Shown piece by piece: positions 1 through 12,690 of a stretch of DNA of 64,000 bases (positions are counted from its first letter, which is position 1; every line of letters begins with the position of its first letter). The DNA lies in contig NC_092672.1 in the NCBI RefSeq assembly GCF_964355755.1, positions 5,208,001-5,272,000 on the forward strand. The letters are read 5' to 3'. The notes beneath the pieces are model-generated. The model was not told the DNA's origin. It saw nothing but the letters and a program-made list of their open reading frames with translations, and did no database searches. The DNA is from Antedon mediterranea. Lineage: Eukaryota > Animalia > Echinodermata. Both the position numbers and the translations under genes were made by a program.

Positions 1-154
1 TTTCTCAATAGTGGTGAGTATCATTCATTCTAGTACTTACTACCTTTAATGATTGTATTGTTTCCTTTTATTCATATAAACTATCTTTACTAGCATTTTT
101 TAACAATATATGTTACTTTGTAAATTGTGAGAATTAAGTTTGAATTTGACATAC

Positions 155-3100
155 CGTTGGCTCGCTAGTCTGAAACAGAATCGCATAACTAGTAGTGTGG
201 TTACACTTGCACTTCACTTCGTTTTTATCGGAATCGTCAGTTTCGCATCCGTTAGTAGACCACGACCTATAAAATAACAACACTATGTTTTGAGTTGAAA
301 TAAGGGCGGCGTCAGAAGGGAGAGTCATTGAGCACACCAGACCCAGGTATAAGTCATAAGTAAGTGTATTCAGAATTTGTCCCCACTAAGTATAAGTTTG
401 TTTTCCACTGAGCGATATTCTCACGAATCAAACATCGAGTTTTGATGTGTAGCGCATTTTTTCTAAAGCCTTGTTTACACTATAAAACTAGTTCGATCAA
501 AAAGTGTGATGTGGTTAAATATGGTAGTGATATGCTTAAATATGGTAGTAATATGTCAATGTTTTCAAATAAATTCGCCAATGGAATACAGGCTGTAAGA
601 CCAGGGAGTTGTTATTAGATAATGGGAACAGGATGTTACTGTAGTAAAAAAAATGGCCTCTATTAAAATCTTTTGAATTAAAAATAACTCTGCGCCAGTG
701 AACTTTAGTTTAGACATGAATTGAAGGGGAAAGAATTGCGTGGGTGTATTGTAGCATTATTTTATCAATCAATGAAAGAGCTTCGTTATTGGTGATACTT
801 ATGATAACACACAGATATCATTAAAATACAAAATCGTAAATCGGTATAGAAACGAAATGTTCATTTACTTCAATGATTCGTTAAAAAATCCACACACGGC
901 AGTTTCATTATCCTTTTTGTCACGAAATCTCTGAAACAGAATATAAAGTATCAATAAGAAATTTTGTTTAAAATGGAGTTACAAAAAAAGAAATAAAAAA
1001 TATTATATGGTTAAACAAAAAATTGAAAAGAATATAAATATACATTGTTTGGTTGCTTTTAACAATGATCCCTTGTAATTCATTCATCCGTTCATTTCTT
1101 TTATTTCAGGAAGTACATCTATAGACAGTAACACAAAAGAAAATATAACAATAAGTCACAATACACTTACTTTAGTTGGAAATTTAAACATTATTTCGAT
1201 TCCTGATTCGATTTTTGTTTTCGTGCTATCAAATATGAAGCTTTGAAAAATGTTGCTTACAACTTCAACGGTTGAATTTGTATTGCCGTCCAAGCCACTT
1301 TAATAAAGGAAACAGAAAGGTTATTAACCACCAAAAATAAAATAAATATTTATAAACAAATTGCTACGATAGGTAGAAAAAGTTAAATTGGTCAGAAGTG
1401 TAACGCGTAATTGTACTGTTCACCCAGTTAATGCGCCAAAGTGTATAAGTATAGCTAAACACGCCATATATGCCAACATGTTTTTAGTCGCGTGCAACGC
1501 GACTCTACAGCTCACTATGCCGGTCGGTTGGTCGCGGTCGGTCGGTTGGTTGGTCGGTAAACACTAAATTGAGCACGCGAATGCACCCATGTATATGGCC
1601 TTGTTCTCAATAAGCCTAATCGTCTATAAACTATAAAATCCGACCAACTAAAAACAAATATTTTACACACAAAAAACCACGAAGAGAAAAAACATATCGT
1701 GAATATCATACTTGTTATCTAGAGGTGATTAACATGTATTTTTCTACAGTAGAACACCTAATAAGGGGATACCATCGGAATCTAACAGTGTCCCCTTAAT
1801 CAAGACAATTGCCTTGCTTTGATTTAGCGTGTCTGCTGAATAGGATCTGGCCGCTTTGTGGGAAAGTGTTTTTTAGTAGTGGTGTCCCCTGATTAGGGAT
1901 GATGTCTCAAAGGAGGGGGGTTCCACTGTATTATTAACGTAAAGTTTTATACGATACCTGTCTTTTGCCGACTGTTTTAGCTCATTGTAGTCTGTTGGTT
2001 TACCAAACAAAGCAATACATAATGTTTTATTATCTAAAAACAATAATAATTAATAATATAAATAACGTTCATGTATGAAGTCAATAACCCTGTAAAGTAA
2101 TATACAGCAGGCCTAGGCCTACACCACAAGTTTACAATGTTTTCTACAATATGTTTTTGCAATAATTAATCCATTTTCACCCGATTCCTATAATGTATCA
2201 ACATTTCTCCATATTCTCCAGAAAATATCGTAATATAGCATCACATGTGTTTCAGATAGCCTAGTATCATAGACCAAAACCTAACCCTATGATACAGGCA
2301 CCACATGTGATACACATGAGATGCTGTATTACCGAATATTCCTATGATACTTAGGAAATATTTTATGTGCACTAGAATCTTAACCTTTCTCCTCTTCTTA
2401 CATTACGCTTTCCAGTTTGTTTCATCTTTTTTTAGTCCATGTTTTTTTTTATCTTCCTCCTGGTGGTCGTTGTACTTTTCTTTCTTTAGTTTCATTAATT
2501 GTTTGTACTAATTAGGTTATCATCTGGTAATCTAATGATTAGTCTATATAGCATTTTTAGTCTCCTTCGTTTAGTAATAATGACATGCACAACTAATGTA
2601 CCGTATCTGATTCCATGCAGGGTAAGGAGTTATTATATAAAATGAATCTTTGCTTGTGGCTCATAATATATTGTATAATATAACAATCACAATTATGCAA
2701 ATTTATAATAACACTGAAAAACAATCACAACATTTAATTAAAGATCATAAGGATGATAAAGGTAACGTATGGCTTATGAAATAGACGAGCTTCCTTGTTT
2801 ATAACCTGATGTACGTCACACATGCGTTTCCCGAAGAGGCATAGCGTCACTTTCTGACGTAGATGCAAAAGCGTTACGGTAGTAACGTAAAAATATATTC
2901 TATGGGTAAAAATGTTTCTTAAAAATCTCTTTCGGCAGATGGTAAAGTGTCTTATAAGTACTGCCTCATTTATAAATTTTTAATTATTCATAACATTTCT
3001 TATAACATGTACATTATGTCATTTCAACTCAATATTAATCGATCGAATAGAAATGTGTTACGGAGTTCAATAAACCGTTTTACCTTCGTGATCCACATTT

Positions 3101-6100
3101 AGTCCAACTCTCGCTGTATCATCTCTATCTTTTGCTACTACTTGTTCGGGTAGAGTATTGTTACGGAATAATCGTGCTACAAATCCACCTAAAAAAGTAA
3201 TCAGAAATTATTTAATGAATGACGTCACGTTGCTGTTAAAAAAATTATCATCAGACGAAATGGACTTTGTACGCGTGCGCGTGCCAACTTTCTCAAAGCT
3301 TCACCAAAGAATATATATATTATTTGGCTTTAGTGACGATTTACTACTTAACAAAAGGATGATAAGGCATGCAAGCAAGATACTCACTCAGTTCGCCAAT
3401 TCTGAAACGTTTAATTTGTCCTGGTACCAATTCCGTGTTAAGTAAATCATCAATACCTTACGAAAAAAGAAAACATTTATTTATTGTATTTATTTTTCAC
3501 TATTAAACATTTAGGCCTATTGCAGTAACAAACAAACTGACTAGTGATACGTACAGCAGACAGGTCAACATTCCATCTTAAGATGGGTAGATCTTAATTA
3601 AAAACAGTTGGAAGAACATTTAAAATACATGGCATAGATAAACTTCAAATATTAATTAAAAAATGAACAGTCAGAAAAGATCATTTTGGAATATTAATTA
3701 TTAAAAATGCAATATTAACATATTCGTTGATCATATGCTCATATTTAGTAACTATATTGGCTTTGAGCGGATTAAACAGACTTTAATGGATTATCTGAGA
3801 TTAATACTAAACAGGATACACGTTTTTAGAAGAGGATTTCGGTCTACAAGATTGCTTAATAAATCTCTTCTATAAAAAAACATGTTAGCATATAGATAAC
3901 TTTTCAAAGGGCCTACATTTTAAAAACAACATTTTTTAATTTATTAAATTGAGTAACCGAACTTGCTTGTCTAATTTGAGCCGGTAGTCGTACTCGCTTA
4001 AACCGGGACTTCGTCTCTTCAATGTGGAGGCCAATTTGGCGGACCTCACCTTGGCGCACCCGAACCCCCAGTCATCCAATATTTTTCGTCACGAACTGCC
4101 TCTAATATTTGTTTGAGGACACTGTATGTCAAATCTCTTTTCAGCATTTGTAAATTTGTGATTTATAAATAAAAACTAAATCTTACTTTTCCATGAACTG
4201 TCAATCTTGAGAAAACCATATTCGGAGGGCAATGTGTCATTACAGAATGTTGCATTGTAAAGTGTCTCTAAAACATTATTCCCTATCTCTGTTGAGCTAG
4301 CAAAGAAAAAGATGCTGAAGTTCACTATTATGCTTCCTTTGGAAAATTCATTAATTGAGCAATTGTAGTCGGTGGTAGAATTCATCAGTATCGGTTCGTA
4401 GGCAAATAGGATCTGATAATAAAAAAAAAGTTAAAATGAGGTTGGAAATATTGTAAAAAATCTGGTGTACGTGGTGAAATATTTATGTCAGTTTTGTTAA
4501 TAAGATGTTTTAAAATGGTGCGAATTGGAGTATTTGAGATAGTGTGTAGAAAATATCGTGCTAAGGATATCATAAATGGAATATTGATACGTATAGGTAT
4601 ACAGAGATCAACATCCATCTTTAGATGGGTAGATTTAGAAATTACAAACAGTTGGAAGAAAAATGTAAAATATATAAAAGGAAACAAGACTTCATATTGC
4701 AGTCGATAAATTTGCTACTTTGCTGTTCGTTTATGTTCGTTTCGTAATATTTATGTAGACTATGTATAATAATCAAGTCGGAAATATTTATTCAAGTATA
4801 AATAGGATACAACTTACAATACTGCACATGTTTTCTGCGTATTTGTGGTATGTAGTTGATGTTTTGTCTTCTAATTCTGGTTTCCATTGTGCATTTTCCA
4901 CTGACCCATTGATTTCTACAACACGTATTTGTTTTGTGAATGGGAAAAAGGCAACGCAACCATATTGTGAAACGTGATCATAGCCGGCATCACATACACA
5001 TGAGAAGTTACCAGGCCTACAGAATTCGTTAGTTCCGCAGTCACTGTCGATTTCACATTCGTCTACAAAACGTTAAAAACTATTACTATGACCGGAGTAT
5101 TAATATGCATTTAAAGATTTAAGAAATGTTTACATTAAAATTATTCAATGTTTATAAATACATTAGGCTTAAGTTTATTTGCGCTATCATTGAACTTACG
5201 TGATGGAGACGTAGACACAGTCATTTCTACAGTTGTATATTCTATAAATAACACACAAAAAACCAATAACGATTATTATAATAAGAAAACATGATTTTAG
5301 AATAAGAATCATTTGTCATAGTCGAGGACTTCGTGACCAGAAATTAAAAATGCACTATTAAGTTATGTCTAGAATGTCACACAAAAGTAAATTACACCAT
5401 TTGTTTTTGTTACTTAAAAGGGTAATTTGAATTGTCTATAAAGCTGACTATTTAGCTCACACTAAACCAATTTTGTATACATTTAAAACATTAAATATAT
5501 TTGATGTAATTGAATTAAATACTGCCATAATAATGTACAAAGCCCATGGACAACAACTTCCTCCTATAATCCAACGGTATTTTAAACAAAATAGTATGAA
5601 TATTTGAATACCAATTTAAGGAAAACTACGTTAAAACAAATGTGTTTATTAAATAAAGGAATTTTAATATGGAATAAACTCTCCGTTGAACTTAAATACT
5701 CCGCAAATGTTCATGTATTTAGAAAACTGTACAAAAAACGTCTATTAGAAAATTATATAATATGATAAAGTAGTTAGTAAACCCATTCTTTTGCATTTGA
5801 TTTCAGAAAGTAATTCTTTTATAAATCAAAAATAAAAATTAAATTGTTTGCTTAGTATTAATGTAGTATTTTGATGGAAAACTTCTTTGAAATTATAATT
5901 TTGAGCTGGAAATTTGTTGGAGATGGAACTTTGCATAAAATCATTAAAATTTAAGTTTATTAATATTTAATAGATCTTTCACTATATTATCAAAATGTTC
6001 TTTCTTTATTTCTTATACTCAGATAGGTCACAAAAATATCTTGTTTGTTTGTTTTCTTTTAGGCCTATACCTATAATTGAAAATCAAGTTCCACGTGGTT

Positions 6101-9100
6101 GGAAACTAACTATTATTTTATTTTTCTGGGCCTATATGAAAGCTCGAGGAAAACAATTAAAATCACATAATTTGCTATTTATCACGCCATTAAAACAAAT
6201 ATTCACTTACCCATTATTTCCATTGCTGCATATATTTTAACTTCACATAATGTCAGAAAGTCCGTCCGATCTTCCAATTGGACCGAAACTATGTTACCCT
6301 GTGTTCCATGTTCACACTTTAACACTAGTACACCAGCAGATTTTGATGCATCTTGTGAAGATACAGGGCTTCCACACGCTGTATTGTTCTTCAGATTGTC
6401 TGTACTTGTTCCAACACGAACTTGTGCACCTTCTAGCCGTTCAGAGTCTAATAACCAAAAAATAATGTTCAAATGCTTGCATGGCGTGGATTAAGTGGTA
6501 CGTACATGCCTATCAAGCTTTTATAACTAAGGAAAGAAATCTCAAAGTTTCTTTCAAATTGTTTTCAATTAGGTCTAAATCAATTTTCTAAACACTGAAA
6601 AAGCACTACCACTTATTGGCATAACATAGGCCTATATCATCGTCAATAACTCGAGTGAAAACGGGGTATGATAAAAGTAAAGTGTTAACTTACGCGTTTC
6701 ACGGTTGTATAGGACAATATATTCAATTTCGTATATGTCCAACAGATTCACGTACCACCACGGTTCTATAGAAAATTGAATAATAGTTAAACATTTGAAA
6801 TATGGCCATATCGCATGCAACTGTGTTCCATCAATCCGGAATCTGCAGTATTAAAAGAAGTTGCATACACGCGATTGCATGCTGTACCGGTAAATTCTGT
6901 GTTTGCATCTATGCCTGAGAAAGAAATGTTTTTTTTCTATACAATATTATGTACGGTGGCCTATAAGTGTCACGGCAACTTTCAAAAAATATCACGGCAA
7001 TTTTTTCAAAAAATATCACGGCAATTTGAAAAAAGCCACGGCAATTTGAAAAAAACCACGGCAATTTGAAAAAAGCCACGGCAAATTATAAATAAAACAT
7101 CACGGTAAATTAAAAATAAAACATCGCGGCAATTTAACTAAAATACCATGGCAACTTAAAAATGAAACACCACGGCAAATTAGTATTGAAACACCACGGC
7201 AAATTAATAATGAAACACCACGGCAACTTACAGAATGCCACGGCGGAAGTGAGTTACCACGGCGGAAGTGAAACCTTTGGAATCTTCGATTTTTTCTGAG
7301 GTAAGTAATTATTTGTGCATTGATGTAAATATGTTTTAATATATTTACAGTAATCTGTTTTTTATATAACAAGTTTTTTTTACAGTAGACCTAGCTACTA
7401 CTGTAGGCCTAGGGCCCAGGCCTTAGGCTAGTAGTAGGCATAGCTAGGCCTAGTGCAATAAACACGTAAATGCTGCAGTTAAATAAATTAATATAATAAT
7501 ATTTACTTCAATGCACAAATAATTACTTACCTCAGAAAAAATCGAAGATTCCAAAAATCTCACTTCCGCCGTGGTAACTCACTTCCGCCGTGGCATTCTG
7601 TAATTTGCCGTGGTGTTTCTATATATACATTTCGTAAGGGCAAACTTCGGTAAATCGCGCGTTATTTCTAGAATGTTTACACGATGGTATATAAAGTTGG
7701 TTCGTACTTTCGGTACTGATTTTAACCACCTGATGTAACCCTGTCTACTAATTAAATTGAGTTCGATAATTAGTTATTGACGATTAAAACGAATATACTC
7801 ATAACAGAAATTCGATCCATTTTTTTCAATCTGTGCTGCAGAGGTTGGATATAGATTTTTTTTAAACGGATAATGAGCTAGCGTTTTCAGTCGCTTATAT
7901 TTAGTTAGACTGTACGCCAATTTGTCCTTTCGGCAATTTTGTCCTTTCGGCAATTTTTGTCCTTACGCCAATTGTTGTCCTTACGCCAATGTTTGTCCTT
8001 ACGCCAATTTAACCATACGGCAATTTGTTCATATGGCAATGTGTTTGTGTGTCCGTACGGCAATATTTGTTTGTCACTCGAGGAATTATGTATTTAACGC
8101 CATTAGTTTGCCTTACGGGAGCGGAATTGTTCGTACGGCAACGTTTGTCTATTTTGGCCCTAATGGTCGCCCGTAGAGGATAGGCCTACGGTGCATCACA
8201 TGCCCTAAACGCATAACAACTTTGGTGGGTAGGGTAGGAACCAACTTAAGTATGAATTGGCTCTAAGAAACAATTGAAAACCATTAGGCCTACTAATTAA
8301 GTCGAGTTACTGTAGGTAATTTAATATTTATTGACGATTAAATCGAATTTATGATTTGCCCCGAATAGAGGTGGTTTTCCCAAATTGTTTTACATTATAA
8401 AACATATACACGTCGTAGTGATGTATCGTTATATGTACTGTACATGTACTGTACTATTTCAATCGACTATGACGGTGATAGTTTCAGAAAAGTATTACAT
8501 CGCAATGTTTTACTGTGTTTATGGTATATTATTTGTAAAACATGAAAACGATTAATATTTCGTTACTAAATGGATAAAGAATATATTTAAAAATTGTTCC
8601 TCTTTGCACCCATCCTCTTCCCCATCTCTCAACCCTCATGTTACATACAAAACACAAATTAAGTTTCTTTAAATTTGACTTAAACAATTGGTCTCATTTT
8701 ATAACGCTGAAATTACTGTGTATTCGACAACCATCTGTGGGCACGACCTATGGTACGCGAGCGAAGCGAGCGTACCATCTAGTCATTACTAATTTGCCGT
8801 GGTGTTTCAATACTAATTTGCCGTGGTGTTTCATTTTTAAGTTGCCGTAGTATTTTTGTTAAATTGTCGCGATGTTTTATTTTTAATTTGCCGTGATGTT
8901 TTATTTTAATTTTGCCGTGGCTTTTTTCAAATTGCCGTGGCTTTTTTCAAATTGCCGTGGCTTTTTTTGAAAGTTGCCGTGATATTTTTTGAAAGTTGCC
9001 GTGACACTTATAGTAGGCCACCGTAATTATGCATCCAACCCCAGCACTGCTGACTCGTATGGCAGCTCTTGCATCTAGTATCTGCCTCCGACGTTTTGGC

Positions 9101-11634
9101 TCATACCTTTCCTCTCCTGATCAAGGTGGGAACTGGACGATCAGAGAAGCTTGATCAATGATAGGACCAACCAAGATAGGCCCTACTTTAAACAGTCCTG
9201 GCTTAGTTTCATCCAACATTCAGTAATGTAAGACTAAGAAACAGACGTCGGCCATACAATAACAATGCATCTAAATATTTATACTTTTTATTAATAGATT
9301 TTCAGTATAGAATCTGAAATCAAAATTCAGCTTACCTGCATTTTCATCTGTTGTATGTGAGCAAACGGCTTTGTCTGGGTCTCCTGGATTTGGCCCCGTA
9401 TTATTATCAAAGGCAGGAGACGCCTTCAGATATTCATTACGTGTTGAGCTCTCGTTGGTTGGAAAATCTAGATCAAATATACGACCTACAAAAATAAATA
9501 AAACTATACCCTCACTCTTTCATGATAAAACGATGCTAGTTTTCAAGCAATGTAAACGTCGGGATGCTTTTTGAAAGGCTTTGGGTCACAAAGTTGTTAA
9601 TATTTAGAACTCTGATGACTACTGTCTGTAAAATATTCGCAATTCAGGTAGGAAGTTTTAGTTCTGTATACACTATCAAACTTTAAGTGAAAAAATATGT
9701 GATGTGCCCATATGGACATGATGATGTCATATCACTACCATATTTAGACATATCCCTACCATATTTGGGCACACCAAACTTTTTTGACAAACTAGTTTGT
9801 TATAGACAGAGCTTTAACGTTTACCGGCCTACCAATTGCACTCTACCTCTGCTTAAACTAAGGTCTGAATGTTTGAATTCTATATTGAATAATACTCTGA
9901 GCTGTACAAAAATACAAATTGCTATAATGGTATCAACCAGAAACACACAAAAGCCTTCGCTATGTTTTAAAGTAAATCCTGATATCTACAACGAATTACT
10001 ATATAATGTAAATAATAAACGACATACAATAATGTATAGCAAACACTTTAATAGACAGAAAAGAGAGCAAAATCAATATGTATTAAGATAAAGTATAAGT
10101 AGAGAATTATTAGTTGAAATAATTGCATTCAAATTAAATTATAATTGTATATTATACATTTATAAAAAAATATAATGTGTATAAAAATATCATAAGAAAA
10201 TGTTTATTATGTCTGTAAGAAGAAAAAATGTCAAAAGAAAATTATATAAACATGTGTATAAACTATAACATAGTTTTTTAACATACGAACATTATAATTA
10301 TGTTTGTGTATAAGAAAAGTTATACAGTATATCAGATTACTGAACGTGTAAGATATCTATGTAGTTTATATTTAAATGGAAATAATAAATAAATGTGGGA
10401 CGCACGCACCAAAGAGAAAACAAAAAATAGCCGAACGAGCGAAAAGGTGGCGAATGGGTATTTCATGCAATGGAAATTTTGTTGGTAATTCTTAAATTGT
10501 CTTTACGATATCGGTTTACGAACCTCCAGAGGGAACCATGTTAAAACAAAATAATAATTTTATCGTGTCCCATCTGGATCTTCGTAGTTTAGAAAAGCCG
10601 GAAAACATTTTTTTAAATAAAAAATAGTATCATAATGAATTTAGTGTAAAACATTCCTCATTCAGGTTAGACGTGTTTTCAGTTGCTATTATTTTGTAGT
10701 TTATGTGGCTTTCAGTTTTTGTACAGCTTAGCAAGATAAAAGGAACATCAAGAGGGAGTCCATCACGTGCGATACCGTACGATAAATGGCAATAGGAATA
10801 GAGGCATAATAGCAACAACAAATTGCCATACCAGTAATTCAATGACCACACTTTCTATAGATACGGTTCTCATTTTTACTATTAAATAAAACCGTAGCTA
10901 AACCCCATTGTTCTGTATATCCGTCAATCCATTCTTGTGTATACGGATTTGAATAGAACTTTGACACAATTAAATAGAAGGCATGAGAACATATTCCACG
11001 ATTTCAAGGGTAATTCGTTTTCCTGTTTTCAAAAAATGCCGTTTTACTAACTGCCGTTTTACTAACATGAGCTCACACAGGCCGGATACACTTTCCTAGA
11101 CATGAGCCCTATAATCACCTAAAGTGGCTCTCCATACATTCGACATCTCTGTCTAAAAAATATGCAGCAATAGGAATGATTGAATTGTGTACATTAATTG
11201 AGTGGTATTTTCAACGCATTATTCGTTTTCCTTAATTTCGAAAATGTCAATGCAAAAGATAGGACATAACATCATTTTACAAGTTTGTTTTAACTTTTTT
11301 TAAACGAATTTGTCAATTAAAAGTAGTCAACCATACATAGTACACACTCACGCCTGAGAGTCACATCTCCCTGCACACACAGTACATTCACACAATAATT
11401 TACACATTATTTAACAGTATAGTTGTTAAAACCATACGGAGTATGGTATGGACTAAAATAGGCTAGGCCTATACTAACTGGAGACCCTAATATGCTGTAT
11501 ATATAATATCCTATGTCAATACATAGTAACTTACAGCATTGTTCATACTCTTCCTGGTTGAATGTAAGCACAGAAACGGGTAACAGAAATATAGCCACGA
11601 TAATAATTCCGGTATAACATCTTTTTTCTTTCAT
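155..11634 (-). CDS. Adhesion GPCR, extracellular region: signal peptide, F-type (fucolectin) lectin, S/T linker, EGF-like, SEA, GAIN/GPS; 7TM expected beyond the left edge
   Basis: Phase-consistent GT-AG exons: 11634-11535 (signal peptide), 9485-9336 (NESST...AFDNN...CSHT), 6765-6694 (PWWYVNL), 6447-6211 (LTLCEVKIY), 5241-5200, 5062-4818 (ECEIDSDCGTNEFC...CVCDAGY, then SEA start), 4412-4187 (FSKGSIIVNF), 3456-3388, 3188-3084, 2033-1958, 1297-1171, 930-869 (CGFFN), 266-155 (WSTNGC...CKCNHTTSYAIL, GPS motif). Confidence 0.85.
1481..1604 (+). mobile_element. Helentron-associated (DINE-1/HINE-like) short element
   Basis: TTTTTAGTCGCGTG followed by its inverted copy (ACGCGACT), a (GGTC/GGTT)n microsatellite, a further CACGCGA and a T-rich end; this layout is typical of DINE/HINE elements. 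Confidence 0.5.
1747..1928. mobile_element. Tc1/pogo-like MITE
   Basis: TA|CAGTAGAAC...GTTCCACTG|TA termini with internal GGGGAYAC/GTGTCCCC motifs; degenerate relatives near 12900, 23300, 26330, 34010, 35120 and 63840. Confidence 0.55.
5400..5760 (+). mobile_element. Degenerate L2/Crack/CR1-group LINE 3' ORF2 remnant
   Basis: Interrupted translation AHTKPILYTFKTLNIFDVIELNTAIIMYK...IWNKLSVELKYSANVHVFRKLYKKRLLENY resembles the C-terminus of CR1-group ORF2. Confidence 0.6.
6954..9023. mobile_element. Foldback MITE with TA target duplication and long repeat-rich inverted arms
   Basis: TA|CGGTGGCCTATAAGTGTCACGGCAAC...GTTGCCGTGACACTTATAGTAGGCCACCG|TA; the arms are ~20-bp CACGGCAA repeats; the right arm is interrupted by the 7618-8782 insertion. 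Confidence 0.85.
7618..8782 (+). mobile_element. Non-autonomous Helitron-like element nested in the MITE
   Basis: Begins TC(TATATATAC) and ends CTAG, just after the hairpin GGTACGC-GAGCGAAGCGA-GCGTACC. No TSD: removing it restores the host repeat GGTGTT^TCATTA. Internal ~19-20-bp minisatellite at 7915-8150. Confidence 0.7.
9039..9207 (+). mobile_element. 5'-truncated copy of the 5S-derived SINE at 57079
   Basis: Shares blocks with 57220-57372, e.g. GCATCTAGTAT, TCAAGGTG, TTGATCAATG.TAGGACCAA and TTTAAACAGTCCTGGCTT. Confidence 0.7.
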
Positions 11635-12379
11635 AGTTTCCTCCTATTGAAAATTAAAACTTGCTTCTTAGCTGAAGGTTCAGTTAAAATAAGTTATCGT
11701 GTCTGCACATAGACCAAATATAGATCAGCGTCGGATAGGAGGCCTATCAACAAAGTTTCCCATCGGTAAGAGTCCAATTAAAATGTGTTAACGCAGGTGT
11801 ACAATTCCAGTCAGCCTTGAATTATGAAATATGAATATTATCCTCGCCACTCGGATCCAACTAATAAACCACCAATGATAAATATTTCAAAGGGAAATTA
11901 GGAAGAAGTGGGAGATGATTGACAGGCGAATTGGTGACGCCCCATCGGCTTATTACCACAATAAATACAAAACTCGTCACGATGTGCGTAACACCTCATT
12001 AGACTCAACGGTTCAGAAAATATTTTTTCTTATTGGATGTTGATGACGTCATACTTGTCAGCGACCTTCAATAATTCTTTTGGTATTTCCTCCTTATTCG
12101 TAAACAATAGGAATAAAGTAGATTTAATTCTAGTTATTGTAATACGGCAATTTGTAGGCTTGATGTGGTAGATATTACTAAAGTACAAAGTTTCTTAACA
12201 TTGGAAATGGATTATAATAGTTAATGACGTAATTAAACTTAATAATGTTTATTAAATGGACGGTCATTATGTCTTTAAGATAACTAAGTTCGTTAGTTAG
12301 CCATAGAATAACATGGTTAGCCCATGTTCTGAGTCTTACCATGTGAACAAGAATTTTTGCTAGATCAACAATCACATAA

Positions 12380-12690
12380 TGGTATCCAAAATAGTTGCGC
12401 TCCAAAATATCTCTCAGATGGTTGACAGTCAAGAAGGGAAAGCGAGAACTAAGATCTAGTCATCAGGTGCTACTGGACATTCCAAGGAGCAAACATAGTT
12501 GGGGAGATCGGACTTTCAGTGTTGCTGGACCTAGGCTCTGGAACCACCTACCCTTGAACATTAAACACACATCATTATTGAGTCACTCTAAGTCACTATA
12601 CTCAAAACTCACCTTTTCTGATTTTTCTACAGCGCCATGAGCAATGAATGTTGGAATGGCGCTATATAAATTGATTGATTGATTGATTGA
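12380..12690 (+). mobile_element. L2/CR1-group LINE 3' end
   Basis: ORF fragment ...WGDRTFSVAGPRLWNHLP..., then GCGCTATATAAAT and an (ATTG)n tail. Confidence 0.8.

Noticed and set aside
3560-4700. Two similar segments (~3565-3630 and ~4605-4675) flanking the SEA exon, possibly LINE remnants
   Set aside because: The similarity is visible but too degenerate to assign a family or boundaries.
10630-11153. Possible extra adhesion-GPCR exon or pseudogene with coding-like composition
   Set aside because: Stops in every frame, no recognisable domain, and exon 1 already joins the 9485 exon in phase.
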